DNA of 64,000 nucleotides from an uncultured Spirochaetales bacterium (GTDB lineage Bacteria > Spirochaetota > Spirochaetia > JABMQR01): the NCBI GenBank assembly GCA_964567895.1, contig CAZMOX010000001.1, positions 20,992-84,991 on the forward strand. Direction: 5' to 3'. Within the stretch, counting starts at the first letter, position 1; every line of letters starts with the position of its first letter. A program made the translations under genes and the position numbers. Shown one piece after another: positions 28,095 through 37,650 of the stretch. A model generated the notes under the pieces. It was given only the letters and a program-made list of their open reading frames with translations. It was not told the origin of the DNA and searched no databases.

Positions 28095-30488
28095 CTAAAT
28101 GTCCGGAGAAAAAAGTTCCAGCTGCCGCCCGTCAACAATAGCCTCAAAACTATCGTTCATGGCGAACAGCACACCATCAGCCAATGGTTTGATCTGCTTT
28201 TCGATGTAGTGGCGGTAATCAATATCTTTCGGTTCCATCTCGATAGGGACAGCTCCATTGGAAGTCATGATATAACTGATCTCCCTTAAGTGCCTGACCC
28301 CCTCGGGATCAAGCATTCGAACTGCCTTAATATGAGGCGGTGTTGTTTTCTCGTACTGCTCTGCACTTCTTCTCAGCCGTTTACGGTAGACCAGCAGATC
28401 ATCCATCTCACCATCCCACAATCTTTTAACAAACGATTTTATCCACAAGCGTATCTCCTGCTCCTGAAAAAATCGGGAAAAGAGCTCCTGCTGAAACTGT
28501 TTAGCCAGCTCTGTCCAGTCTGAACGTACAACTTCAAGCCCTTTATACTCGATCGTCCCATCGTCCAGCAGTCCTGCATACCGCTTTTTCGAACCTTCAG
28601 TTGAAGAACGTTTCGCGGGAAGAAAAAACTTCTCATAGTATTTCTCAAACTCCATCTCCAGCATCGACTCAACACCGAACTCTTCCAGGATTTTTCGACT
28701 GAAATAGGTATTTACCTGCTTCACTAATGTTATACCTGATTCCTCAGGGTTTTGCTGCTGACTGCTTTTTAACACGACAAACACCGAGTCTGTATCACCA
28801 TAAATCACCGTATACCCCTGAGCACGAATAAATTCTGCTGTGTTTTTTAGGATCCATTGGCCAGTTTCAGTGATAGATGCGGGAAGGTCTGCATGATAAA
28901 ACCTGCAGCCGGTAGTTCCCATAACTCCATAAAAACTATTCATCAAAATCTTAATTGCGGTAGAGAGATATGAGTCATGTTGGTTCTTTGCCTGTTCTCT
29001 CTTTTCCATAAGATGTTTTAGAAATTCAGGGAGAATATGATGGGTTTTGGAAAATTTTATTCCATTGGGCGTGGTAACGGTATCTGTATCTGTCTCTGCA
29101 TTAATCCTGGAGTAGGGGTCGATCGAGAATGTGCGGATAATAGTAGGATAGAGACTTTTGAAATCAAGCACTACTACATGGTGATACAGCCCGGGCAGTG
29201 AAGTGAATACATATCCGCCGGCAGCACGACCGCCAGAAACTATGTCATCTGTCTCAGGAGCAGCATATCCTTTCCTATGTATGCCCGGGAGCATTACATG
29301 ATCGAACGATGCCACGGACATGCTTATTCGATCCAGGGTAAGTCCGGTTATAAGACTGCGTGCCTTTATCTGCTCTATAAGACCGGTTTTTTTGAAAATT
29401 TCGGTAACAAGCACACAGTCTTCAAGATTATAGCGGGCCAGAGCCTCCTTGTCATATAAAAATCTGCGGGTAATTTCCTGAACCTTCTCCTCATTTGGTC
29501 TGATATCTTTCCCTTTGCCGAGAATTGCCTGAGCTACTGTCTCAAGGGTAAAATCATCAAACTTGAAAAACCCCATCCTCATATTTTGAGGACCGTCAAT
29601 AACCACCCTGCCCTCGATATCGGTAGAAAATATTCCGCTGCGTTTTGCTGATATCCTGACCGCTCTATTTCCCCGGCCAACTAAAAAGGGAATCTGAAGC
29701 AGTGCGCACTTATCAATAAGAAATTTCAGATCAAACCCAATTACATGCCAACCAATTATCAGGTCAGGATCCCATTCATTGAGTTCCTTGATAAAAGCAA
29801 GCAGGATATCCTTCTCTGTTGGAAGAATGATGGGTTTAATAGTTTTTTCATCTATTTTGTCAGAACTGCCGGGATCAGAAGTTTCTCCCACTACAAACAC
29901 TTTTTTCATTTCCTGATTTCCGTAAGTGCCCTGCATGGCTATGGAATAGAGATTTGTATTTTCGTTTTCAGGCTGACCAGTTTCGATATCTATTGAAAGC
30001 CAACTGAATTCCGGTAAGTACTCTGCAGGCTGCATCCGGGGATTAATCCAAACCGTAACATTTCCTTCTTTATGATGTTTGCCGCTAATTTCAACACTGC
30101 TGTTGATAAACCTCTCCATAATATACCTGTCGGCAGGACGTACATCTGATTCATAGGTTTTTATCTGGTGCATGCGAAGCTTTTTCCGGGCATTGTAGTA
30201 ATCATTCAGAGTTCTAAAATAGAGGGCATCAACCTTTTCGTGTTCAAAGGTTTCCAGCGGTACTTCTCTCCGAGTCATGCCTATAAGGGGGGGAAGTGTC
30301 GCATTTTGCGGAGATGTCGCAGGATGCGGATACAGTGCAGGACTATTTCTCACAAAAAAAAGTGGCATATGGGGTGTAATGACGATCCTGAACGATCCCG
30401 AATCGCTCCTGCCGTAGTAGTGAAGCTCACAATGTCCGTTTCTGTCTACTGCATGACGTGTGAGAATAAATCCTTTTTCAGTTTCCAT
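28095..30488 (-). CDS. polB: family B DNA polymerase (DNA polymerase II-like) with 3'-5' exonuclease domain
   Basis: Exo I motif FDIETG, polymerase motif A DFKSLYPTII, motif B KILMNSFYGVMG and motif C YGDTDSVFV. Length 797 aa. Confidence 0.85.
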   Translation of the reverse strand: METEKGFILTRHAVDRNGHCELHYYGRSDSGSFRIVITPHMPLFFVRNSPALYPHPATSPQNATLPPLIGMTRREVPLETFEHEKVDALYFRTLNDYYNARKKLRMHQIKTYESDVRPADRYIMERFINSSVEISGKHHKEGNVTVWINPRMQPAEYLPEFSWLSIDIETGQPENENTNLYSIAMQGTYGNQEMKKVFVVGETSDPGSSDKIDEKTIKPIILPTEKDILLAFIKELNEWDPDLIIGWHVIGFDLKFLIDKCALLQIPFLVGRGNRAVRISAKRSGIFSTDIEGRVVIDGPQNMRMGFFKFDDFTLETVAQAILGKGKDIRPNEEKVQEITRRFLYDKEALARYNLEDCVLVTEIFKKTGLIEQIKARSLITGLTLDRISMSVASFDHVMLPGIHRKGYAAPETDDIVSGGRAAGGYVFTSLPGLYHHVVVLDFKSLYPTIIRTFSIDPYSRINAETDTDTVTTPNGIKFSKTHHILPEFLKHLMEKREQAKNQHDSYLSTAIKILMNSFYGVMGTTGCRFYHADLPASITETGQWILKNTAEFIRAQGYTVIYGDTDSVFVVLKSSQQQNPEESGITLVKQVNTYFSRKILEEFGVESMLEMEFEKYYEKFFLPAKRSSTEGSKKRYAGLLDDGTIEYKGLEVVRSDWTELAKQFQQELFSRFFQEQEIRLWIKSFVKRLWDGEMDDLLVYRKRLRRSAEQYEKTTPPHIKAVRMLDPEGVRHLREISYIMTSNGAVPIEMEPKDIDYRHYIEKQIKPLADGVLFAMNDSFEAIVDGRQLELFSPDI

Positions 30489-30577
30489 ATCTCTATTATA
30501 CCTCTATGTCAGGAACCTGCAAACAGAAAATTCCAGGGGGGAGGAAGTTAACATATATACCGATTTTTATACCGGAA

Positions 30578-30605
30578 CCGGTAAATTTATACCGGTAAAT
30601 TTATA
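30578..30605. repeat. tandem 14-bp direct repeat (ccggtaaatttata x2) preceded by the palindromic accggaaccggt, in the polB/DUF134 divergent intergenic region. Possible regulator binding site.
   Basis: Direct inspection of 30565-30610. Confidence 0.5.
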
Positions 30606-30764
30606 CGCAGGTTGTTGTTCAAACTTATAAGAAATGGTGATATTATCTCATAATTGTGGAAAAACTTTTTACAAAAGTTTGCAATGCAGACTTCGGTGAG
30701 TCAGGCTTTTATTTTTTACGAGTATCGCATAAGCTGTAATTAAATTTTATATAAGGAGGCTGGA

Positions 30765-31061
30765 ATGCCCCGATATCAAATACAGAGACGTGTTCGATCC
30801 TGCTCTCCAACCTATACCGTATTTAAACCCGCTTTTACCCCAGTAAAAAAACTGGAAAAAATAGTTATGACTCTTGATGAGCTTGAGGCCTTATGTCTAA
30901 TGGACTGCGAAGGTTTGTATCAAAAAGAGGCTGCAGGGAAAATGGGTGTATCCCGACAAACTTTTGGGAATATTTTGACAACTGCAAGAAAAAAGAGTAC
31001 CGAAATGCTGACAAAGGGCAGGGTTCTGGTAATTGAGGGCGGAAATGTCTGTTGTTGTTGA
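30765..31061 (+). CDS. DUF134 (UPF0251) family predicted DNA-binding protein
   Basis: The N-terminal MPRYQIQRRV...F.P and central LTLDELEALCLMDCEGLYQKEAAGKMGVSRQTFGNILTTARKK match the family pattern. Confidence 0.65.
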   Translation: MPRYQIQRRVRSCSPTYTVFKPAFTPVKKLEKIVMTLDELEALCLMDCEGLYQKEAAGKMGVSRQTFGNILTTARKKSTEMLTKGRVLVIEGGNVCCC

Positions 31062-31087
31062 CCTTTAAAATTGGATATAGTTAAAAT

Positions 31088-32632
31088 ATGAAAACATATG
31101 ATGCAGTTATCGTAGGTGCCGGTGTTATTGGCTGTGCAATTGCGCGAACTCTTGCCCAAACAAACCTCTCTCTATTGATTATTGAAAAAGAACCGGATAC
31201 CGGTTTCGGCATCAGCAGCAGAAACAGCGGGGTGGTGCATTCAGGTATTCACTATGCCCCAGGCTCAAACAGAGCTGTGTATAATGTCCGGGGTAACCGC
31301 ATACTGGAAGAACTCTGCAGCGAACTTAAGGTTCCCTACAAAAGATCCGGTAAAATAACAGTTGCCTTTTCCGATGAACAAGTGCACATATTAACAACAC
31401 TGCTGAAGCAGGGAACAGAGAATGGTGTACCCGGTATCAAACTGATCGATAAAAATGAGATGGAAATACTCCAACCGGGGACCGGGGGGAAAGCCGCACT
31501 TTATACCCCGTCAACTGGTATTGTCAGCCCATACGAACTTACTATCGCATTGGCAGAGAGTGCTTATGCGAATGGAGCAGAATTCAGGTTCAATCATACC
31601 GTTAAATCTGTTGATCTCCCCGATCCGGCACAACACAGAGAACATTTCCTTCTGCATACCGAGCATGTAGAAAGTTCCAGAACAAAAAGGATCTCCTATG
31701 CTGCTAAAGTTGTCATAAATGCCGCAGGCCTTGGTTCTGCCGATATAGCTAAAATGGCCGGAATTGATGAATACACAATCTACCCTTGCCGGGGTGAATA
31801 CTATGTCCTTGATAAAAGACTACGGAACTCACTAAATTTGTTAATATACCCTGTTCCCGGTGCTCATAGCAGCGGGCTGGGAATACATCTTACCAATACC
31901 GTTGATGGAAATATTCTTATCGGTCCCTCAAATGAATATATTATGGATGATGAAGATACTTCTACCACTATTAATATAATGGAGACACTCCGGGAGGAGG
32001 GGCATCATCTTCTGCCTACTTTGGGCGGTTCGGATTTTATCAGGAATTTTTCCGGTATTCGACCAAAGCTTGCTCCGCCGGAAGAGGGAGGTTTTCGGGA
32101 TTTTGTAATCGAATCGCGTTCGGATATTCCTGGTTTTATTAACCTTATGGGCATTGAGAGCCCCGGCCTTACCGCTTCACCTGCAATTGCTGAGAAGGTA
32201 AAGGTATTAGTAGGAAAGCTTATCCCACTGCAGAATCGGGAGAACATTGTACGAGGGCGACCTGTTATACACAATACTCCATTTACTGAAAAGTCTTTTT
32301 CCTCCTGTTCCAAGGAAGAAAAATCCAGGCTTATTTCACACAATCCCGACTACGGTTCTATTGTCTGCCGCTGTGAAGAAGTTACTTTAGCAGAAATTAA
32401 AGAAGCTGCTGCACGTACACTTGGTCCTGTTACTTTTGCAGGAATTAAATATCGCACCCGGGCTATGATGGGAAGATGTCAGGGGGGTTTCTGCCTACAG
32501 CGGTTAACTGAAATTCTCCGGGAATCGTTTGGTATTACCGTAGAAGAACAAACCCTGAAAGGTCCAGGCACAGAACTTTTCATGGGTTCGTTAAGAACAT
32601 CTCAAACACCCGATATAAAAGAGTCACTATGA
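31088..32632 (+). CDS. FAD-dependent oxidoreductase of the anaerobic glycerol-3-phosphate dehydrogenase GlpA-like type, with a C-terminal BFD-like [2Fe-2S] domain
   Basis: Dinucleotide-binding fold YDAVIVGAGVIGCAIAR at the N-terminus, and BFD cysteines CRCEEVTLAEI...GRCQGGFC. Confidence 0.75.
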   Translation: MKTYDAVIVGAGVIGCAIARTLAQTNLSLLIIEKEPDTGFGISSRNSGVVHSGIHYAPGSNRAVYNVRGNRILEELCSELKVPYKRSGKITVAFSDEQVHILTTLLKQGTENGVPGIKLIDKNEMEILQPGTGGKAALYTPSTGIVSPYELTIALAESAYANGAEFRFNHTVKSVDLPDPAQHREHFLLHTEHVESSRTKRISYAAKVVINAAGLGSADIAKMAGIDEYTIYPCRGEYYVLDKRLRNSLNLLIYPVPGAHSSGLGIHLTNTVDGNILIGPSNEYIMDDEDTSTTINIMETLREEGHHLLPTLGGSDFIRNFSGIRPKLAPPEEGGFRDFVIESRSDIPGFINLMGIESPGLTASPAIAEKVKVLVGKLIPLQNRENIVRGRPVIHNTPFTEKSFSSCSKEEKSRLISHNPDYGSIVCRCEEVTLAEIKEAAARTLGPVTFAGIKYRTRAMMGRCQGGFCLQRLTEILRESFGITVEEQTLKGPGTELFMGSLRTSQTPDIKESL

Positions 32633-33948
32633 AAAAAAACCTGAATTTTTCATTAGAGAATGAGCCTCAATTTGCTGTTGCCATAATTGGGGCAGGGCCG
32701 GCGGGGTTGGCCGCTGCTTTCGGGGCGGCAAAAGCGGGTGCTGAATCTGTCGTAATTATTGAACGGAACTATCAACCTGGAGGAATTCTCAACCAGTGTA
32801 TTCACGATGGTTTTGGTTTACACCGATATAATGAATCTCTCTCCGGGCCGGAATATGCTGCCCGGGAAAATAATATTTTACAGAATAAAGAGATAATTGA
32901 TAAAATCACCCTGTTAGCCGGAACCTTTGTTCAAGATCTCGTACCGGAAAATCAGGGTTTTTCGCTTGCAGTTATGTCTTCAGGATCTTTTAGGGTAATA
33001 AGAGCGGCGGCTGTTGTTTTAGCTATGGGTTGTCGGGAGCGAACCGCCGGTGCAATCTCTTTACCAGGAACCAGGCCTGCCGGAATCTTTACTGCAGGAA
33101 CAGCCCAACGCCTAATGAATATGCAGAATATAAGTGTTGGTAAACGTGCTGTTATTATTGGATCGGGTGATATTGGACTAATAATGGCCAGAAGGCTTAC
33201 CCTGGAAAGCGCTGACGTTGCCGCGGTTACTGACATACAGCCCTATCCCGGGGGACTCGACCGGAATGTTAGACAATGTCTTCATGATTTTAATATTCCG
33301 CTTATGCTATCCACCGGAGTCGTTAAAGTACATGGGAAAAAACGGGTTGAAGGAATTACTGTTGCCCCCCTGGATACTTTAGGTAATTTGGAATTATCAT
33401 CATCAACCTATATTTCCTGTAATACCATTCTACTCTCAGTAGGTCTTATACCGGAACATGAACTGGCAAGGGGTGCCGGTGCGGCACTGGATACATCCAC
33501 ACAAGGTCCAATAGTTGACCAGCATCTTATGACAACAGTTCCAGGGTTGTTCGCCTGCGGAAATGTACTGCAGGTGCATGATCTTGTCGATTTTGTATCG
33601 GAAGAAGCGGAGTATGCCGGATCTTGTGCGTCTAACAAGGTACTTACCCCACCCCGGCTCTCTATAGAAACCACTCAGGCCAACAGCACCACTTTGTCTT
33701 TAAAAGTAGGATCCAATTTGCGTTATGTGCTTCCTCATACCATTACAGAACCAGGCCGCATAACTCTCTCTATGCGTGTAACCGTACCGGAAGTAAATTT
33801 CCGTGTCCATGTAGCACGTCTGGAAAAAAGTGCTGACAGGATCCTGTTAACAAAAACATTCAGCAGAGTGTCACCATCTGAGATGTTACGATTTACCTTT
33901 AACTGTGATACAGTTGAGCCCTTGGAGGTGTATGGTGAATCTTTCTGA
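32629..33948 (+). CDS. FAD/NAD(P)-binding pyridine nucleotide-disulfide-type oxidoreductase (second subunit of the triad)
   Basis: Two dinucleotide-binding folds, AIIGAGPAGLAAAFGAA and VIIGSGDIGLIMARRL. There is a 4-bp overlap with the upstream gene. Confidence 0.7.
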   Translation: MKKNLNFSLENEPQFAVAIIGAGPAGLAAAFGAAKAGAESVVIIERNYQPGGILNQCIHDGFGLHRYNESLSGPEYAARENNILQNKEIIDKITLLAGTFVQDLVPENQGFSLAVMSSGSFRVIRAAAVVLAMGCRERTAGAISLPGTRPAGIFTAGTAQRLMNMQNISVGKRAVIIGSGDIGLIMARRLTLESADVAAVTDIQPYPGGLDRNVRQCLHDFNIPLMLSTGVVKVHGKKRVEGITVAPLDTLGNLELSSSTYISCNTILLSVGLIPEHELARGAGAALDTSTQGPIVDQHLMTTVPGLFACGNVLQVHDLVDFVSEEAEYAGSCASNKVLTPPRLSIETTQANSTTLSLKVGSNLRYVLPHTITEPGRITLSMRVTVPEVNFRVHVARLEKSADRILLTKTFSRVSPSEMLRFTFNCDTVEPLEVYGESF

Positions 33949-34393
33949 TCAGGAAAAACATATCGTAGAAGAACTCACCTGCATTGTTTGCCCAAAAAGT
34001 TGTGTTCTCAGGGTTGAGAAAGACAAAATATCCGGGACAATTACCGCAATACATAATGCAAATTGCCAGCGGGGAATCGCTTGGGTTACCCAGGAACTGC
34101 TTCATCCAACCAGAAGTGTCTGCAGCTCAGTACTGGTTGAAAATGGAACCGAACCGCTGACAGGGGTCAGAACAAATCAGCCAGTTTCCAGGGATGATGT
34201 GTTTAAGGTTATGGGGGCAATAAAGAGTTGTCGAATCTCTGCGCCGGTAGCTATTGGTGCAATAGTACTGGAAAATCCCGGCGGTGTTCCCTGCAGAGTC
34301 ATCGCAACAAGAGCGGTTGGAAGAGAAGATCGGAAGCTGGAGACGGGAAGCCGGAAGATGAAGAGAAAAATTTTAATACAACTTCCAACTTGA
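33932..34393 (+). CDS. DUF1667 domain protein (third subunit of the triad). The start is chosen at MVNLSD, which has a GGAGG ribosome-binding site.
   Basis: The Cys motif CIVCPKSCVLRV is typical of DUF1667. It is co-linear with the two oxidoreductase genes. Confidence 0.6.
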   Translation: MVNLSDQEKHIVEELTCIVCPKSCVLRVEKDKISGTITAIHNANCQRGIAWVTQELLHPTRSVCSSVLVENGTEPLTGVRTNQPVSRDDVFKVMGAIKSCRISAPVAIGAIVLENPGGVPCRVIATRAVGREDRKLETGSRKMKRKILIQLPT

Positions 34394-34426
34394 TCTTGTT
34401 AAATTTTAGAATTGGCTCCTGTTCCA

Positions 34427-34445
34427 GCAGTTGCAAAGCAACTGC
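34427..34445. terminator. hairpin GCAGTTGC-aaa-GCAACTGC between the convergent DUF1667 and radical SAM genes, adjacent to a direct repeat tactctcagcc x2. It lacks a U-tract.
   Basis: Read directly from the sequence. Confidence 0.25.
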
Positions 34446-34505
34446 CAAGCTGAGTACTCTCAGCCCTTTTCCAGCTGTGATACTCTCAGCCAAGCTCCCT
34501 GTCCA

Positions 34506-35912
34506 CTAGCCCCTTGTTTCTCTTGCCAACAACTTTAATCTCTGAAGATCATCACGCGTCTGCCCCCGCCATTCTGTCGGAAAAAAAAGGTTATTATGAT
34601 AGAGAGGCTCTTCAGCAAGCGGAAAATCGCTGGCTTTTACGGCATCCTCCCACATTGGGGTTCCGGGAACAGGTGAATATTCTGCAATAGATACACTTAC
34701 TCCGGCTTCAGCAGCAACCCTGATTGAAGCTTCTACCTCATCAGCATGCTGACCGGGAAGTCCTGTAAGGATATATACAGGAAGCTCCTTTTTTGTAAAC
34801 CCGGCTTTGAGCAGCATCTCTATAGAGTCATGGAATTGCATCGTTGAGAATTTATGATCATGAAGCAGATGGAACTCACTGGAGGCTGATTCAAAACCCA
34901 TTCGTATCTCCTGGAAACCGGCTCTCTTCATAAGCCGGGCACTCTCCTCATCTATATACCGGACATGTACTGCATTGGGTGTATAGAAAGAGAATGGTAT
35001 ACCGGATTGAATAACCCGCTCCAGGAAAGGAAGCAGAACCTTCTCTTTATTAACCAAAAGAGCATCATCATAGAATCCAAAATGTCTTATCCCTTTTCTC
35101 TGGTAGAGATTTCGAATAAGCGTAAAGGCTTCATCAGGATTACCACTGTCAAAAATTGGGTTTATCAAATTCGAGGCACAATAGTCGCAGTGCAGCGGAC
35201 AGCCGATGTTGAGCCGAATCACTCCGGCTCCCTGACCCCAGAAATCTGCACCTTTTCCAGGTTCTACATATGTAGGGATCGACGGATAGCGTGGGATCGA
35301 CCCGGAAGGCATCGGAAACCCATTTACTGATAGAAAGGCTTGTATTGGATCCGGACTATCCCCTTTCACTACAAGATCTGCTCCGGTTACTCGTTCGGCA
35401 TGTTCGGGCATAAGTGAGGCATAGATTCCACCAACCAGTATCCTGGTTTTCGGTACCAGCTTTCGAACAATTTCTGCAGTCTCTACAACTCCCTGATACC
35501 AATAGGTCATTCCGGATGTAATGCAGACTATATCAGGTTGTGATTTCCTGATTTTATCTGCCAAAACTTCTCTCAGAATTCCATACCTTCCAAATATTCG
35601 GGGGATGCTCCTGATGCTCTCAGGGAGTGGTATATGCTGCTTAAAAAACTTTCCCGTTCCATTCTGCTTTCGTTTGGGTTTTCCAAGAACTTGTTCGGTT
35701 TCCGGATCCTGCCAGTTGAGGGCATTGATATAGGCTGTATCGTATCCAGCCTCTCGAAACCAGGTCTCAAGCCGTATAAGGCCATAGGGTTTGAGAAAAA
35801 GATCATAGAGTGCAAAATCATATATAGGGGGTTGGATGAATAATACTTTGGGTTTTTGATTTACTGCAGATTCCATGATATGAAAGATACCAGAGGCAAA
35901 TTTAATAATCAA
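34506..35912 (-). CDS. B12-binding-domain radical SAM protein
   Basis: The CxxxCxxC motif GCPLHCDYC follows an N-terminal cobalamin-binding-like Rossmann region. Length 468 aa. Confidence 0.75.
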   Translation of the reverse strand: MIIKFASGIFHIMESAVNQKPKVLFIQPPIYDFALYDLFLKPYGLIRLETWFREAGYDTAYINALNWQDPETEQVLGKPKRKQNGTGKFFKQHIPLPESIRSIPRIFGRYGILREVLADKIRKSQPDIVCITSGMTYWYQGVVETAEIVRKLVPKTRILVGGIYASLMPEHAERVTGADLVVKGDSPDPIQAFLSVNGFPMPSGSIPRYPSIPTYVEPGKGADFWGQGAGVIRLNIGCPLHCDYCASNLINPIFDSGNPDEAFTLIRNLYQRKGIRHFGFYDDALLVNKEKVLLPFLERVIQSGIPFSFYTPNAVHVRYIDEESARLMKRAGFQEIRMGFESASSEFHLLHDHKFSTMQFHDSIEMLLKAGFTKKELPVYILTGLPGQHADEVEASIRVAAEAGVSVSIAEYSPVPGTPMWEDAVKASDFPLAEEPLYHNNLFFPTEWRGQTRDDLQRLKLLARETRG

Positions 35913-35970
35913 GATTATGAAATTTATCTTGAATTAACATTGTATTTCTGATACTGTAGGAAACCGAAAT

Positions 35971-36042
35971 GGCGCCGTACCCAAGTGGTAAGGGAGAGGT
36001 CTGCAAAACCTTTATGCACCGGTTCGAATCCGGTCGGCGCCT
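35971..36042 (+). tRNA. tRNA-Cys (anticodon GCA)
   Basis: Cloverleaf with acceptor stem ggcgccg/cggcgcc, anticodon stem gaggt/acctt, anticodon loop cuGCAaa, T-loop ggttcgaatcc and discriminator U. Confidence 0.8.
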
Positions 36043-36062
36043 TAAATTTTTTTAGTTATGTA

Positions 36063-37208
36063 TCATTCTCCCACAATCGAAGATTCTATCCTGCCCCCTC
36101 CCATCCGTTTAGCCTGATACAGAAATTCATCTGCTCTTCTTACTAAATCGTCAGGTTCTTTATCCTCTCCATTAATCTCAACTACACCGATACTGACAGC
36201 CATCTGGATCTGATGTCCATCCACAAGAACCACTTCATCATGTATCATTTTCTTTATACGGTTTAATGCACTAACAGCTTCTTTGAGCAAAGTAAAAGGA
36301 AGAATTAACCCAAACTCATCACCGCCAAGTCTTCCAAAGTGGTCCGTTTCCCTTTGAGTCATGGATACAATCTCACATACTTTTTTCAGAACGATATCTC
36401 CCGCATGGTGTCCCAGCTGGTCATTTATCATCTTTAATTTATCAAGATCGAAGATTGCAAGGGAAAAAGTATTTTGATAACGGCTGTATTTTTTACACTC
36501 ATCATCTAATCTGCGTATAAACTCACGTCGGTTTGTGATTCCCGTCAAAAAATCGGTTTTTGCAAAGAGTTTGAGCTCATCCATAAGTTTTTCGGTTCGT
36601 ATCTTCGTTACATATTGATTTCGGCGGTAGTTATAGATACGGGAGGAAGCGATAAATGCAATGATACTCATACTGATAAGCATAAGCGCAATGGTGATTT
36701 TATGAGGAATTTCTATATGCTGATCAATTACAAAGAGATTAAAGAGAGAAGATAAAGTAAGTAACATGACTGCAAATGTTCTATAAAGCAGTGTTGTAGA
36801 AATAATCAGGAATAAACAAAATATAATTGAGAGATCAATTATATAAGTTACATAGGTTGCATTAATATCACTGGTATGAACCAATCTGATTAAAAAACTC
36901 ATTAGAGGCAGCGAGAGCATCCACACAAAAGCAAAAACATCAAAAAAAATGATTTCTTTGTTTCTTTTGAGAAATATAAGAAAACATACGGACAAAGCAA
37001 CAAAAGCACCGCGAATCAGGTACAAAATAAATACTTCTTTCTGCTGATTAAAAATCCAGATTTCAATTGCTAAGAAAATAGAATTGAGAACAGTGGATAT
37101 TAAAACAAAAGCAAAAACTTGATTTTCATCTTCTTTCAGGTGATGCTGCCGATACGCTTTTTCCTGCGTACCTAGACTGGGTTCAAAATACTTTATTAAT
37201 TTTATCAT
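36063..37208 (-). CDS. membrane-anchored GGDEF-domain diguanylate cyclase
   Basis: About six N-terminal TM helices, then a GGDEF domain (RLGGDEFGLILP, FDLDKLKMINDQLGHHAGD). Confidence 0.85.
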   Translation of the reverse strand: MIKLIKYFEPSLGTQEKAYRQHHLKEDENQVFAFVLISTVLNSIFLAIEIWIFNQQKEVFILYLIRGAFVALSVCFLIFLKRNKEIIFFDVFAFVWMLSLPLMSFLIRLVHTSDINATYVTYIIDLSIIFCLFLIISTTLLYRTFAVMLLTLSSLFNLFVIDQHIEIPHKITIALMLISMSIIAFIASSRIYNYRRNQYVTKIRTEKLMDELKLFAKTDFLTGITNRREFIRRLDDECKKYSRYQNTFSLAIFDLDKLKMINDQLGHHAGDIVLKKVCEIVSMTQRETDHFGRLGGDEFGLILPFTLLKEAVSALNRIKKMIHDEVVLVDGHQIQMAVSIGVVEINGEDKEPDDLVRRADEFLYQAKRMGGGRIESSIVGE

Positions 37209-37650
37209 TCTACAATCAATACCTTTATTAAATTTTATCTCTTAACATATTAAGTATTCTATTCTCATTACAATCATCTGTTCATTAAAAAGTTGAATAT
37301 TGTATAGAAGATTTTTTATATAAATTATATAGAACGACCTTATAGTATCATCATTCCAACTTTCTTTAAATAGGTTTTTCTTTTTGCACATATTTTTTCA
37401 ATATAATTCTTTCCAGAGTTATATAACATTTACAAAGAAAGAAAATACCACAATCCGCATAATATCTGCCGTTTGCCACCTGTCTAGTACTAGTCCCTGA
37501 TCATAGTTTCTTACGTAATTTATTCTCACTATTTGACAAACTCCCCCTGTAAGAAAATTCCGTTTCCCTCTATACTGTATTTTTTCTTAAAACTTGCTAA
37601 ATTTGCTGGGTTTAATAAATTTAACATATACCATAAAAATGAGGCAGCAG

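Noticed and set aside
37209-37650. Long AT-rich 440-bp intergenic region, as a possible ncRNA or riboswitch
   Set aside because: No conserved riboswitch cores (for example c-di-GMP, glycine or TPP motifs) and no stable structured element were recognisable. It was treated as promoter space for the divergent GGDEF and gpsA-like genes.
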